A DNA stretch of 21,432 nucleotides from Octopus sinensis (GCF_006345805.1 NW_021823994.1:1-21432); one strand, 5' to 3'. Shown: positions 9,150 to 19,247, counted from the stretch's first letter. Program-made: numbers and translations. Notes: generated by a model not told the origin, from the sequence alone.

Positions 9150-9510
9150 AACGAGATGCGTTCTTCCAGCAATCTCTGTCCTTCATCCTTTTCGATGGGC
9201 CTTGAATTTCCTGTTGTGTGTCTCTGCATCAATGTCACAGACCGGTCATCATCTGCTATGGTCAGTTGTTCAGTACGATAGCAGTGACCAGCTATTATTG
9301 CTTCGATCACTAATAGTAGAGATAAGGAGAATGTATCTATTGTTTGGTCTTACTCTCACAATATCGGACGGTTGGAGCCCTGATGATGTACTTAGCATCA
9401 AGGCGATCTCAAAGAACCCGTTTTATAGTCCAAGTTCCAGTTCCATTAAGAAGAATGCTTTCTACACATGCCCTAAAGAAGGTCGAGGTTGTTGAAAGTG
9501 AAATACTTGA
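9150..9510 (-). pseudogene. RTE-clade LINE ORF2 C-terminal fragment, decayed
   Basis: Minus-strand translation: FFRACVESILLNGTGTWTIK (from 9480), DRLDAKY, AGHCYR (9292-9275), MKDRDCW (9186-9166). These match the RTE post-RT motifs VESxLLYGxETW, AGHCxR and MxDRxxW. Confidence 0.8.
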
Positions 9511-10166
9511 TTGGAAGACGAATCAAAACCTTGTTGGATCCGAAAACCCAGAACAAGACAAAGTCACAGACGAGGCTCAAATCTATTTAACCCAATTTCT
9601 GACCAAAAATCACGTGATCTTTTGCTATCTCCACATTCTATTAATTCCTTAATCATCTAGCATTTGATTGGTTTATTAATTAAACGAAACGACGTGAATA
9701 ACGCTGATGCTTGCTCTCTCTAATTCGATTAATGAGGTTACATTCCATTTTTCCTATCCGCAAATCTTTAATACCATGTTTAATTTAGAGAATTCACCAA
9801 TAATATTTGATAGAATTGCCAGATCTGTGGAGGTTCTGTGTGTATATATGTTAGGGCTTTTTCTGACTTGCTGAAGACGGCTGATTGTTATGGCCCTAAG
9901 TTTTCCTCCCAACAGGCTTTCGTACAGTTGCCATCTACTCAATTTCTCTCACAAGCTTTTGGGTAACTCGAAGCTATGGAGAAGATACATTCATAAGGCG
10001 AAACAGTCGGATCGAACTTAGAAATACGTGATTGAGAATCAAACTGCTTAACTACACAACAATTCCTTTGGCCATACACGCATACACTTGTATAATTATA
10101 TCTTCATACATACACATAAACATATGCTCAAAGTTTGTATACGGATACTATTATTCCTGTCACTGA

Positions 10167-10380
10167 TGGTGGCGAGCAGGCAGAATCGTTAGTGCGCTGG
10201 ACGAAATGCTTAGAGGTTTTTCGCCCGTCACTGCGTTCTGATTTCAAACTCTGCCGAGGTCGACTTTGTCTTTCATCCTTTCGGAGTCGATACATTAAGT
10301 ACCAGTGAAACCCTTGGGTCGATGTAATCAACTATTCCCCTCCCTCAAATTTCAGGCCTTGTGTCAGTAGAAAAGATTAT
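10167..10380 (+). mobile_element. tRNA-derived SINE (same family as 14768 and 17633)
   Basis: Colinear with the other two copies (gaaatgcttag, gccgaggtcgactttg, aaatttcaggccttgtg...agtagaaaagatt). The B box is mutated to gatttcaaactc. Confidence 0.9.
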
Positions 10381-10714
10381 CCATGCCACTGCCATGTATC
10401 CCGTCCTGTGTTTCGGCATTTGCTATAAAAAATATTTCTGTTTCAAGTCCTCTATTTTCAGTTTGTGTTTGGTTTTGCTTCCTCGTCTCACAATCTAACT
10501 CGCTTACCGTTCTTGGGTGATTGCAGGATACCTCTGTTTCTCCCTTGCAAACTGTCCCGTTTCCCATCTATATATTTTTCAATCTGTCGTAACCACAGAT
10601 ATTTTTTAAACGCTTTCACACTCATCAGCCGTTCAGTGCAGTCACTGCTTTCCCTCAGCAATAATACAGTATAAGAAGCTGCCTCCCTTAAAGAGAAGGT
10701 GCACGAGCTTTACG

Positions 10715-10769
<55 letters not shown>

Positions 10770-10776
<7 letters not shown>

Positions 10777-10857
10777 GTATGAATGTAGGCATGTAGGTAT
10801 ATATATTATATATATATGTATATATATATATATTTATCTGGTATATATATTATTTAC

Positions 10858-10907
<50 letters not shown>

Positions 10908-11216
10908 AATGTATGCATGTATGTATATATACATATATACTGATTGTGCATACATTTATACATAATATATGTGTGTGTGTGTGTGAATGTGCGCGTGCAT
11001 GTGTGTGTGTGCGTGTGTGCACGCGCGCGTGCGTGTGTGTGTGTGAGTGACACAAGGACACATATGGAGACAGAGGTACACACACATACACACACAGACA
11101 CACACACACGTAAAAAATACAAACACGGTCAGGCAAACACATGAATATGCAGAATACATACCTACAAGTGTACACACATACATACATAAAGACATACATA
11201 CACACACATGCATACA

Positions 11217-11247
<31 letters not shown>

Positions 11248-12830
11248 CTGACCCACACACATGCGCTCAAACAAACAAAAGGAAACGCAGTGTAAATAAC
11301 GGACAGAGTCAAAACTATTGAAAAGGTTGAAAGATGCAACGAAAATTTTAGAAAAATAAAGAAATAAGTGGAAATTTAACCGGTGAGTGTGTTACATTAT
11401 AAGGCCCCAAAAGAGAATGACTCTCCCCAGACACAACAGTATATATATATAATATATATATACATACATACATATATATATATATACACATACATACATA
11501 CATATATACACACATATATATATATATGTATGCGGTGGGGGGCATCTGTGTGGGTGTATATATATATATATCAATAAATGTGAAGCTGTCCTTATATATC
11601 CATCTACACACACAAACACACACACATATATTGTTAGATTGCCGGGTAGTTATGTGCACTTATTTGTACACCTAACCATGAGTGAATATATATGAATATA
11701 TATATATCACACATATATATACATATATATGTATATATATACATATATATATATACAAATATATATATACATATATATGTATATTATATATATATATAGA
11801 TCTATATATATATATATATATGTATGAATGTATGCATGTATGTATATATATATATATATATATGATATATATATATTTATATGTATATATATATATATTT
11901 ACATATATATTATATAGATATATATATATATATATAGAGATATGTATGTATGAATGTATGCATGTATGTATATATACATATATACTGATTGTGCATACAT
12001 TTATACATAAATATGTGTGTGTGTGTGTGAATGTGGCGCGTGCCTGGTTGTGTTGTGTGCGTGGTGTGCACGCGCGCGTGCGTGTGTGTGTGTGAGTGAC
12101 ACAAGGACACATATGGAGACAGAGGTACACACACATACACACACAGACACACACACACGTAAAAAATACAAACACGGTCAGGCAAACACATGAATATGCA
12201 GAATACATACCTACAAGTGTACACACATACATACATAAAGACATACATACACACACATGCATACACACACAACACACACACACACACCCACACTGACCCA
12301 CACACATGCGCTCAACAAACAAAAGAAACGCAGTGTAAATAACGGACAGAGTCAAAACTATTGAAAAGGTTGAAAGATGCAACGAAAATTTTAGAAAAAT
12401 AAGAAATAAGTGAAATTTAACCGGTGAGTGTGTTACATTATAAGGCCCCAAAAGAGAATGACTCTCCCCAGACACAACAGTTATATATATATAATATATA
12501 TATACATACATACATATATATATATATACACATACATACATACATATATACACACATATATATATATATGTATGCGGTGGGGGGCATCTGTGTGGGTGTA
12601 TATATATATATATCAATAAATGTGAAGCTGTCCTTAATATCCATCTACACACACAAACACACACACATATATTGTTAGATTGCCGGGTAGTTATGTGCAC
12701 TTATTTGTACACCTAACCATGAGTGAATATATATGAATATATATATATACACCCATATAATACATATATATGTATATATATACATATATATATATACAAA
12801 TATATATATACATATATATGTATATATATG
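10770..12830. repeat. Tandem duplication, two units of ~1.04-1.05 kb
   Basis: Anchors gagtgacacaagg at 11045 and 12094, and cctaaccatgag at 11671 and 12712. The unique cores are near identical and the boundaries lie in (TA)n. Confidence 0.95.
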
Positions 12831-13174
12831 GATATAATATATACTATGATATAATATATATATATATATAATATACATGCATATATATATATGTGTGTGT
12901 GTGTATCAACATGCGCGTTATGTTACACACATATCTGTGTGTAACAGTGCATAGATGGATAAATGTGTGTTTTGTGGTTCTATAGCATATACGTAATTGC
13001 GTGTGTATGTGAGTGTATGTGTACGTGTGTGTGAGTGTGTGCACGTCTGGGAAATGTGCGTGTGTGTGTATATATATGTGTGTGTGTGATTGTTTGTGTC
13101 TACCGATAATCTCCAAACAAGATCTTCGTTTCTCTTATCTTGTCCAACACATATCCGTTGTTGCGTCCTAAACG

Positions 13175-13260
13175 TTCCTCTTCCGACTTTATCGTCACTC
13201 ACGTGACATCCGGTTCGATCGACGGTCACGTGACCTGGCTTATCACCAGCGACTTCCGTT
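13175..13260. promoter_or_regulatory. Candidate promoter/enhancer: CpG-rich E-box and ETS-like motif cluster
   Basis: tcacgtgac (13199-13207), perfect palindrome ggtcacgtgacc (13224-13235), ETS-like cttccg (13180-13185), catccgg (13207-13213) and acttccg (13252-13258), all in a non-repetitive island between microsatellites. Confidence 0.35.
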
Positions 13261-13384
13261 TCCCAGTGCAGAAATTGCCGTCAAATTAATTAACTACTTA
13301 CACCTCTGGTCATCTCCCATTTATTTTGCTGTTCGGCAACACACTGGTCACTCCTCGGTCCGTTCCCACTCACTCTCTTCCCGC

Positions 13385-13450
13385 CTCTATCATACACACA
13401 CACACACACACGCAAACACACACACACACACATACATATATATGTATATA

Positions 13451-13492
<42 letters not shown>

Positions 13493-13630
13493 TATGTATG
13501 TATATATATGTATATATATATGTATATATATATGTGTGTATATATATATGTGTGTATATATATATATGTATATGTATATATATATATAAATATGTATGTA
13601 GGTATGTATGTGTATATATATATACACATG
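13385..13630. repeat. (CA)n then (TA)n/(TATG)n microsatellite
   Basis: Direct reading. Confidence 0.95.
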
Positions 13631-14110
13631 CTCACAGACTTACATTTATGCATACATATTCCCAAAGGGTCATTACTGAACGTTCGTGCACTTTTAAATT
13701 TTTCATCTAAAATTTTTATAACTTTACATCTATATTTGGTAAAGTTTATCTGCAAAGAACATTCATTGCCTTGTTGCGTATATTTTATCGTTAACGATCA
13801 AACGATTCATTACAATTATTTGATAATTAAAAAATAATTGTTAATTAATTAAGCTGCATTTTATGGTTACACGTAAGGAGTACGTTTTATTCAAGTAAAC
13901 CCGTTCTTGTGATGATTTGTAGGTCGAGAAGAATTATTGTGAGTCAGGGTGTAACAGAAAATTCGCTGCCAAATATATTTCGGCAACTCCAGCATTTTAT
14001 CATAATGTCTGTGGCCATGCCGAAGATATTTTCTACATCATAAGCTAACCGCGGCCCACGGACATTCTGAACCTAACGACAAATTACCTTGAAAATTTTT
14101 TGCAATTATC

Positions 14111-14145
14111 CGCCTGATGAGGTTCGCTTCTCCGAAATGGTTGCC
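14111..14145 (+). ncRNA. Degenerate hammerhead-like motif
   Basis: gc-CTGATGA-gg-ttcgcttct-cc-GAAA-tg-GTT-gc. The core order is correct, but helices I and II are only 2 bp each. Confidence 0.3.
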
Positions 14146-14293
14146 TATCAGTGGTGTAGTATTTAAAGAAGGACTCCTTTTAAAACTTATAAATTCAGTC
14201 GCTTATCATTTTAAGATTAATTCTACCATATATAGAACTAAACATTGTATCACATTACACGGTGATCACTTATAAGCTTTAAGCTTATAAAAT

Positions 14294-14297
<4 letters not shown>

Positions 14298-14337
<40 letters not shown>
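14298..14337. repeat. (CA)n microsatellite
   Basis: Direct reading. Confidence 0.95.
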
Positions 14338-14341
<4 letters not shown>

Positions 14342-14767
14342 AAAAACAATATATATAAAAACAACATATTGAATCCTAATCAAACAAATTTGACCACACT
14401 GGTTACAAAAGCCACGCCTCCTTAACCTCCCCTCTCCCTCTCAAAGTCTTCTTTCTTTACCCTTACTTCGTACCCCTCCCTCCAAAAACAAGGATACAAT
14501 CTTAAAACGCACTCCTTCTTTCTTTTCTCTTCTCTATCTTCACTATCTTCCAATCTTTCCTCCTCTCTCACACCTGCACATTCCTTTCTAATTTCGCTCC
14601 CCTTCCCCTCTCTCTCTCCCCCTTTCTAAAACATCATCACTTTCAATTTTATATAAATCCAACAACCGAAGAAAGCGCTAAAAATGTAAAAAAAAGAAAA
14701 GAAAAGAAAAATACATAATCATTCCACATTCTGACAACCTTCTTATTCTCAATATACAATATCTTTT

Positions 14768-14986
14768 AAGGTGGCAAGCTGTCAGGATCATTAGCACACT
14801 GGGCGAAATGCTTAGCGGTATTTCGCCTGTCACTATGTTCTGAGTTCAAATTCTGCCGGTGTTGACTTTGCCTTTCATTCTTTCGGGTTCGTTAAATTAA
14901 GTACCAGTTGCGTACTGGGGTCATGTAATCGACTGGCCCCCGCCGTCCTCAAAAATTTCGGGCCTTGTGCCTAGAGTAGAAAAGAA
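14768..14986 (+). mobile_element. tRNA-derived SINE (same family as 10167 and 17633)
   Basis: B box gagttcaaattc (14842-14853). Colinear with the other two copies through the agtagaaaaga tail. Confidence 0.9.
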
Positions 14987-15015
14987 TATACAATATCTGT
15001 ACGTCACTTCAAAAA

Positions 15016-15020
15016 CTCTC

Positions 15021-15051
<31 letters not shown>

Positions 15052-15148
15052 TTCTCTCTTTCTCTTTCTCTCTTTCTCTCTCTCTCTATCTCTCTCTCTC
15101 TCTTTCTCTCTCTATCTCCACACATACACACTCACGCACACACACACA

Positions 15149-15182
<34 letters not shown>
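15016..15182. repeat. (CT)n, (CA)n, (TA)n compound microsatellite
   Basis: Direct reading. Confidence 0.95.
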
Positions 15183-15189
<7 letters not shown>

Positions 15190-15875
15190 ATGGACTAAAC
15201 TATAGGATGTTGTTATACATCGCTTATCACATTGCATTTTGCATAGTTTTAGATTTCGAATGAGCCCCCCCCCACCGCTGGCTTGGCTAGCAGGCTAACA
15301 ATCTTCTTGATCGGAAACCCATTTAAATCTGAGGGGACTGGAACAACGGGAACTGGCTACCACCCACGGGCCTTCATGCGCCATTGCGCCTATATGAGAG
15401 AATCTCTCAACGCTAATAACGCAATATTCGCTTTTCTAACAAAACTTCCATGTTTCTTTTGGTATAAGATTACCTTGTGGTATCAATATTGCTTTCGTCA
15501 ATTAATAATCTTTCTATATATAAGCTGATGTTGTCTGTGTGTGGCAGGTTTGGTAGCCTTCAACTAACACTATCTCCTCCGAGACCCTGCGGCGCAAGTT
15601 GACCAAAATTGAGAGTATGATAGAAGAAAAAAATTCAAATCGGACCATGTTAACACCAAAAATTATTTACATCAAAAAGGTGCTTTTTTTCTATGAAAAT
15701 CCCTATTTTTTAACGATTTTTTGACTGCTGTGTCGCGATTTTTCGGTGTATTTCAACCAGAAAAATGTTCACTTAAAGAGAATAACAAGCTACATAATGC
15801 ACAGTTTTTACTTTTCAAAGATTCCAATTCTAAGGGGTCGAAACAAACCCGAGCGACGCCGGGCGATACTGCTAG
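15183..15875 (+). mobile_element. Non-autonomous Helitron (693 bp)
   Basis: 5' TC (15183-15184) directly after an A in (TA)n. The 3' GC hairpin cccg-agcgacgc-cggg (15848-15863) lies 8 nt before the terminal CTAG (15872-15875). There is no TSD and no RepHel ORF. Confidence 0.7.
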
Positions 15876-15877
15876 GA

Positions 15878-16915
15878 TATATATATATGTCACTATTCAG
15901 TTTTATTTCGAGATTTCTTATCAGTAGAGAAGGAGGCAGTTTCTATCCTAGATCCAAGGCTCCTTCATTGGAATTTCAACACGTCAGCAGTTTATTTTTG
16001 TATATATGTGTGTATGTGTTCATTATTTGGAGCCAGAGCGTGTGCAGATTTGTATGTTATGTTTTCTGCGTGTATTGTCATACATATAGTTACATGTCTA
16101 GACAGTGCATATATATTTAAATGATAAATTTCTGGAAAGTCTTACAGACTTTTACAGTTCCGGTGATAGATTGGATCTGTAGTCTCCGAATCAGCTTTCT
16201 CCTTTCTGGTTTTGAGAAGCCTAATTTCTCAAGATTGGTATTTAGGCAGTGTGTTACATATCCCAGGACCCGAATAATTACAGGTATTAACCTGAACTTG
16301 TAATCTGGATAGAATAACTGCAGATTTCTCAATAGTTCTGCATAGGTGTCCTCTTTTTCATTGATCTACAGCTTTATGTTAACATCCGCTGAGCAGCTAA
16401 TTTCCGCGACTGTGCACAGTTTCTCTTCCCTATCTCAAATCATTATATCAAGTCTGTTGTGCTTGCATTTTATTGAGGACTTCACTGGGACATTCCACAG
16501 TATTTTTATTATGAGTGGTTATGGCTTCTACCATAATGTGGATTCTTATTTCTTTCTTCTTGGGATTATGCTTCCGACGGATTTCATTATAGAGTGTCCT
16601 AGCTATAACATCATGTCTCATCGGTAGATAAAACCGTGATGACATTTTCGGACTGCTTATGATGTGGGGGATATCTTCAGCGTGAACTCCACAAAGTCTG
16701 CATCGGTCGTCACATTTTACTGCTTTTCTTGCATCTCTATCCCTTTTGTGCACCAGATACTTGGTTGATATTTCCTGTTCCTGAATAGCAAACGCGCACC
16801 CTTCAAAGTGAGTGTTATCTATCTGATTGTTGATCCAAGATAGACTGCTATGGTTATCAATGTTACTATCATCCTGGAGCTTTCTACCAACACACCTATG
16901 CATGGTCTTCTGCAT
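15878..16915 (-). mobile_element. R4/Dong-type RLE LINE, 3' fragment, decayed
   Basis: Minus strand: KTMH..RKL..ID..SLSW, HFEG..AIQEQEISTK, zinc knuckle CRLC (16702-16691)...HIISS, RHD (16618-16610), RLDIMI*D (degenerate PD motif), EISCSADVNI..KEDTY, ..GTVKVCKTF. Stop at 16117-16119, then ~240-nt 3' UTR ending in (TA)n. Confidence 0.9.
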
Positions 16916-17240
16916 TGGTTAGAGCGTCGAGCTTGCAATCAAGAGGTTGTGAGTTCAATTCCCGGACCGGGATGTGTGTTGTGCTCGCTTGAGCAAGAAA
17001 CTTTATTTCACGTTGCTCCAGTTCACTCAGCTACTAAAATGAGTTGTGACGTCACTGGCATCAAGCTCTATCGGCCCCATTTGCCTTTCTCTTGGGTAAC
17101 ATTAGAGGTGTGGAGAAAGGGAGATGGCATGGATGGACAAGTGCTGGTCTTCCATAAACAATATTGCTTGGACTTGCGCATCGGAGGGCAACTTTCTAGG
17201 TGTAATCCTATGGTCATTAACGACCGAATGGAGTCTTTAG
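16913..17240 (+). mobile_element. tRNA-derived SINE, 5' end clipped
   Basis: Only the distal A-box part tggttagagc remains (16916-16925). B box gagttcaattccc (16951-16963) and CORE-like ttgagcaagaaactttatttcacgttgctccag are present. Confidence 0.75.
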
Positions 17241-17244
17241 CATA

Positions 17245-17250
<6 letters not shown>

Positions 17251-17277
<27 letters not shown>

Positions 17278-17475
17278 CTATGTATGTATGTATGTATGTA
17301 TGTATGTATCTATGTATGTATGTATGTATGTATGTATGTATGTATGTATGTAGGTATGTATGTATGTATCTATGTATGTATGTATGTATGTTGTATGTAT
17401 GTATGTATGTATGTATATATATATATATATCTATATATATATATATATATACATATATATATTATATATACACAC

Positions 17476-17516
<41 letters not shown>
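17251..17516. repeat. (TATG)n, (TA)n, (TG)n compound microsatellite
   Basis: Direct reading. Confidence 0.95.
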
Positions 17517-17517
<1 letters not shown>

Positions 17518-17632
17518 TCTTGCTTACATTATACCTCGTCTTGACCTGTTACTATTTCTTTAAACATATCCGTTAGATTCTTATTTTTATTTATGTTATA
17601 GTTTCCTCTTCTTCTTCTTCTTCTTCTTCTCT

Positions 17633-17856
17633 GAAGGCTGTGAGCTGTCAGGATCGTTAGCGCGCTGGACGAAATGCTTAGCGTTATTTCGCTCGTCACT
17701 ATGTTCTGAGTTCAAATTACGCCGAGGTCGATTTTGCCTTTCGTCCTTTCGGGGTCGATAAATTAAGAACCAGTTGCGTAATGGGGTCGATGTAATCGAC
17801 TTACCCTCCTCTCAAAAAATTTCAGGCCTTTGCCTTTAGCAGAAAGGCCTGAAATT
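17633..17856 (+). mobile_element. tRNA-derived SINE (same family as 10167 and 14768) with fold-back 3' end
   Basis: B box gagttcaaatta (17708-17719). Colinear with the other copies and followed by an (ATT)n tail. Confidence 0.9.
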
Positions 17857-17877
17857 ATTATTATTATTATTATCATC

Positions 17878-17943
<66 letters not shown>

Positions 17944-17965
17944 GTTATTATTATTGTTATTATTG
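17854..17965. repeat. (ATT)n microsatellite (SINE tail)
   Basis: Direct reading. Confidence 0.95.
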
Positions 17966-18535
17966 AGTGAGAGAGCAGTACATGCCATCAAAGTGACACT
18001 GGTGTAAAATATACGAAGCCCAGTATACCCATCATGACTACCAGTCTGATAAAGGTACACCAGGCACATGCATCACAACCATATGTGCGCGACATGGTGA
18101 TCTCATATCAAGATAAACAGCACATGACCTTGCGGGTTGGGCCCAGTTAGAATTTTCTTCTGGTCAAGTAGCCATCTCGCTCAAAAGGTACGTAAATTAG
18201 GATCGTTTAAGGATGTTGAACGAACCACCCATGTTTCTAAAGGTGAATTATCCAAACCTCCAAGAATTCTTCTCAACACATGGCTATGATGCTCACCCAC
18301 TTCTGCTCGTGATCAGAGATGCACATATCGTCAGCCACTAAGGGACATGCTCAACTGGTTAAGGTCAAACGACTGACAAGCAAATCTGTGGTATTGAGCA
18401 GAATATTTGCTGTTGCCCATCTTTTATACCAAGACAAAACAATGTACATGATAACACTTCCAATCAGTTGAGATCAGAAGCCACAAGACCCACTGCCTGG
18501 TACTGCATCAAGGAATATTACTGCATCAGGGCATT
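17966..18535. mobile_element. ~570-bp interspersed repeat embedded in (ATT)n, probably a LINE 3' region or non-autonomous retroposon
   Basis: A complex sequence bounded by same-strand (ATT)n on both sides, with no protein motif found. It resembles a common octopus repeat (from recall). Confidence 0.5.
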
Positions 18536-18540
18536 TATTA

Positions 18541-18576
<36 letters not shown>

Positions 18577-18765
18577 GTTGTTGTTGGTGTTGTTGTTGTT
18601 TTCTCTTTATCACAGGTTTTGTTGGAGATCCTGGAGTCTGGCATACGCAGCGAGCCTACTACCTGCTGGCTATGGTTTCATGCTGTCCGTTCTTTTCAGT
18701 CACCTAATACTTTCCTGATTATTCTAGCCGTGCCAAGGGGGCAGACATTTTGCAACAATTTTGGT

Positions 18766-19060
18766 GAGGATGCCTGGCCTAGTGTTTAGGACTTTGCCTT
18801 CACGACCGCAAGATGGTGGGTTCAATTCCCCAGAGCGGATGATGCGTTGTGTTGTTGAACAAAACGCTTCATCTCACCATTTTCTGCGATGACTTCGACA
18901 CGTGACCTGTGGAGCACGGTGCTCAATTCGGGCAACGTTGATTTGAATGAAGGAATGAGCTGATGTACAACACATTCATATGACCCCTATAACCAAATCA
19001 TTTGTGCAGGTCTTTCAGCAAAAAGCCGAAAATTCATCTGTCGTCTGCTACGCGAGAGTC
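18766..19060 (+). mobile_element. tRNA-derived SINE, old and diverged
   Basis: A box tggcctagtgt (18775-18785), B box gggttcaattccc (18818-18830), and a CORE-like gcgttgtgttgttgaacaaaacgcttcatctcac block similar to the 8444 and 16913 copies. Confidence 0.65.
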
Positions 19061-19247
19061 CATCGTTGTTACATCGACAGAAGATTAACTCACATGTGTT
19101 TGTCTGGAGCTAGAAACATAATAAACAGACGATGTTGTTTGTACTTTTACAAAATGCATATATTTCAGCTTTGTTGTGAGAAATAGAGACTGTACTTAAA
19201 CCAAATATTATTCTCGGTGAAATTATAAATAAATAAATAGAATAAAA

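Noticed and set aside
9344-9652. 102-aa plus-strand ORF (and the overlapping 9093 and 9133 ORFs)
   Set aside because: They are antisense to the RTE remnant and have no recognisable motif.
9754-9942. 62-aa minus-strand ORF as a host exon
   Set aside because: There is no recognisable homology, and the nearest good upstream acceptor leads to stops in all three frames.
10608-10633. Minus-strand CTGATGA-gtgt-GAAA
   Set aside because: There is no room for helix II and no NUH/helix I arrangement. Probably chance.
11281-11390. Exon ending at the strong GTGAGT donor in the duplicated unit
   Set aside because: There is no polypyrimidine acceptor, and all frames contain stops.
10775-13837. Many long ORFs rich in Y/I/C/V/H/T
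   Set aside because: They are translations of (TA)n, (TG)n and (CA)n repeats, which lack stops in some frames. The same applies to the ORFs at 6891-7491, 17256-17576, 19437-20632 and most of 147-446.
15939-15971. Hammerhead-like motif in the R4/Dong 3' UTR (minus strand, ccaatgaag...gaaac)
   Set aside because: The core reads CCAAUGA rather than CUGANGA, and helix II does not close next to GAAA.
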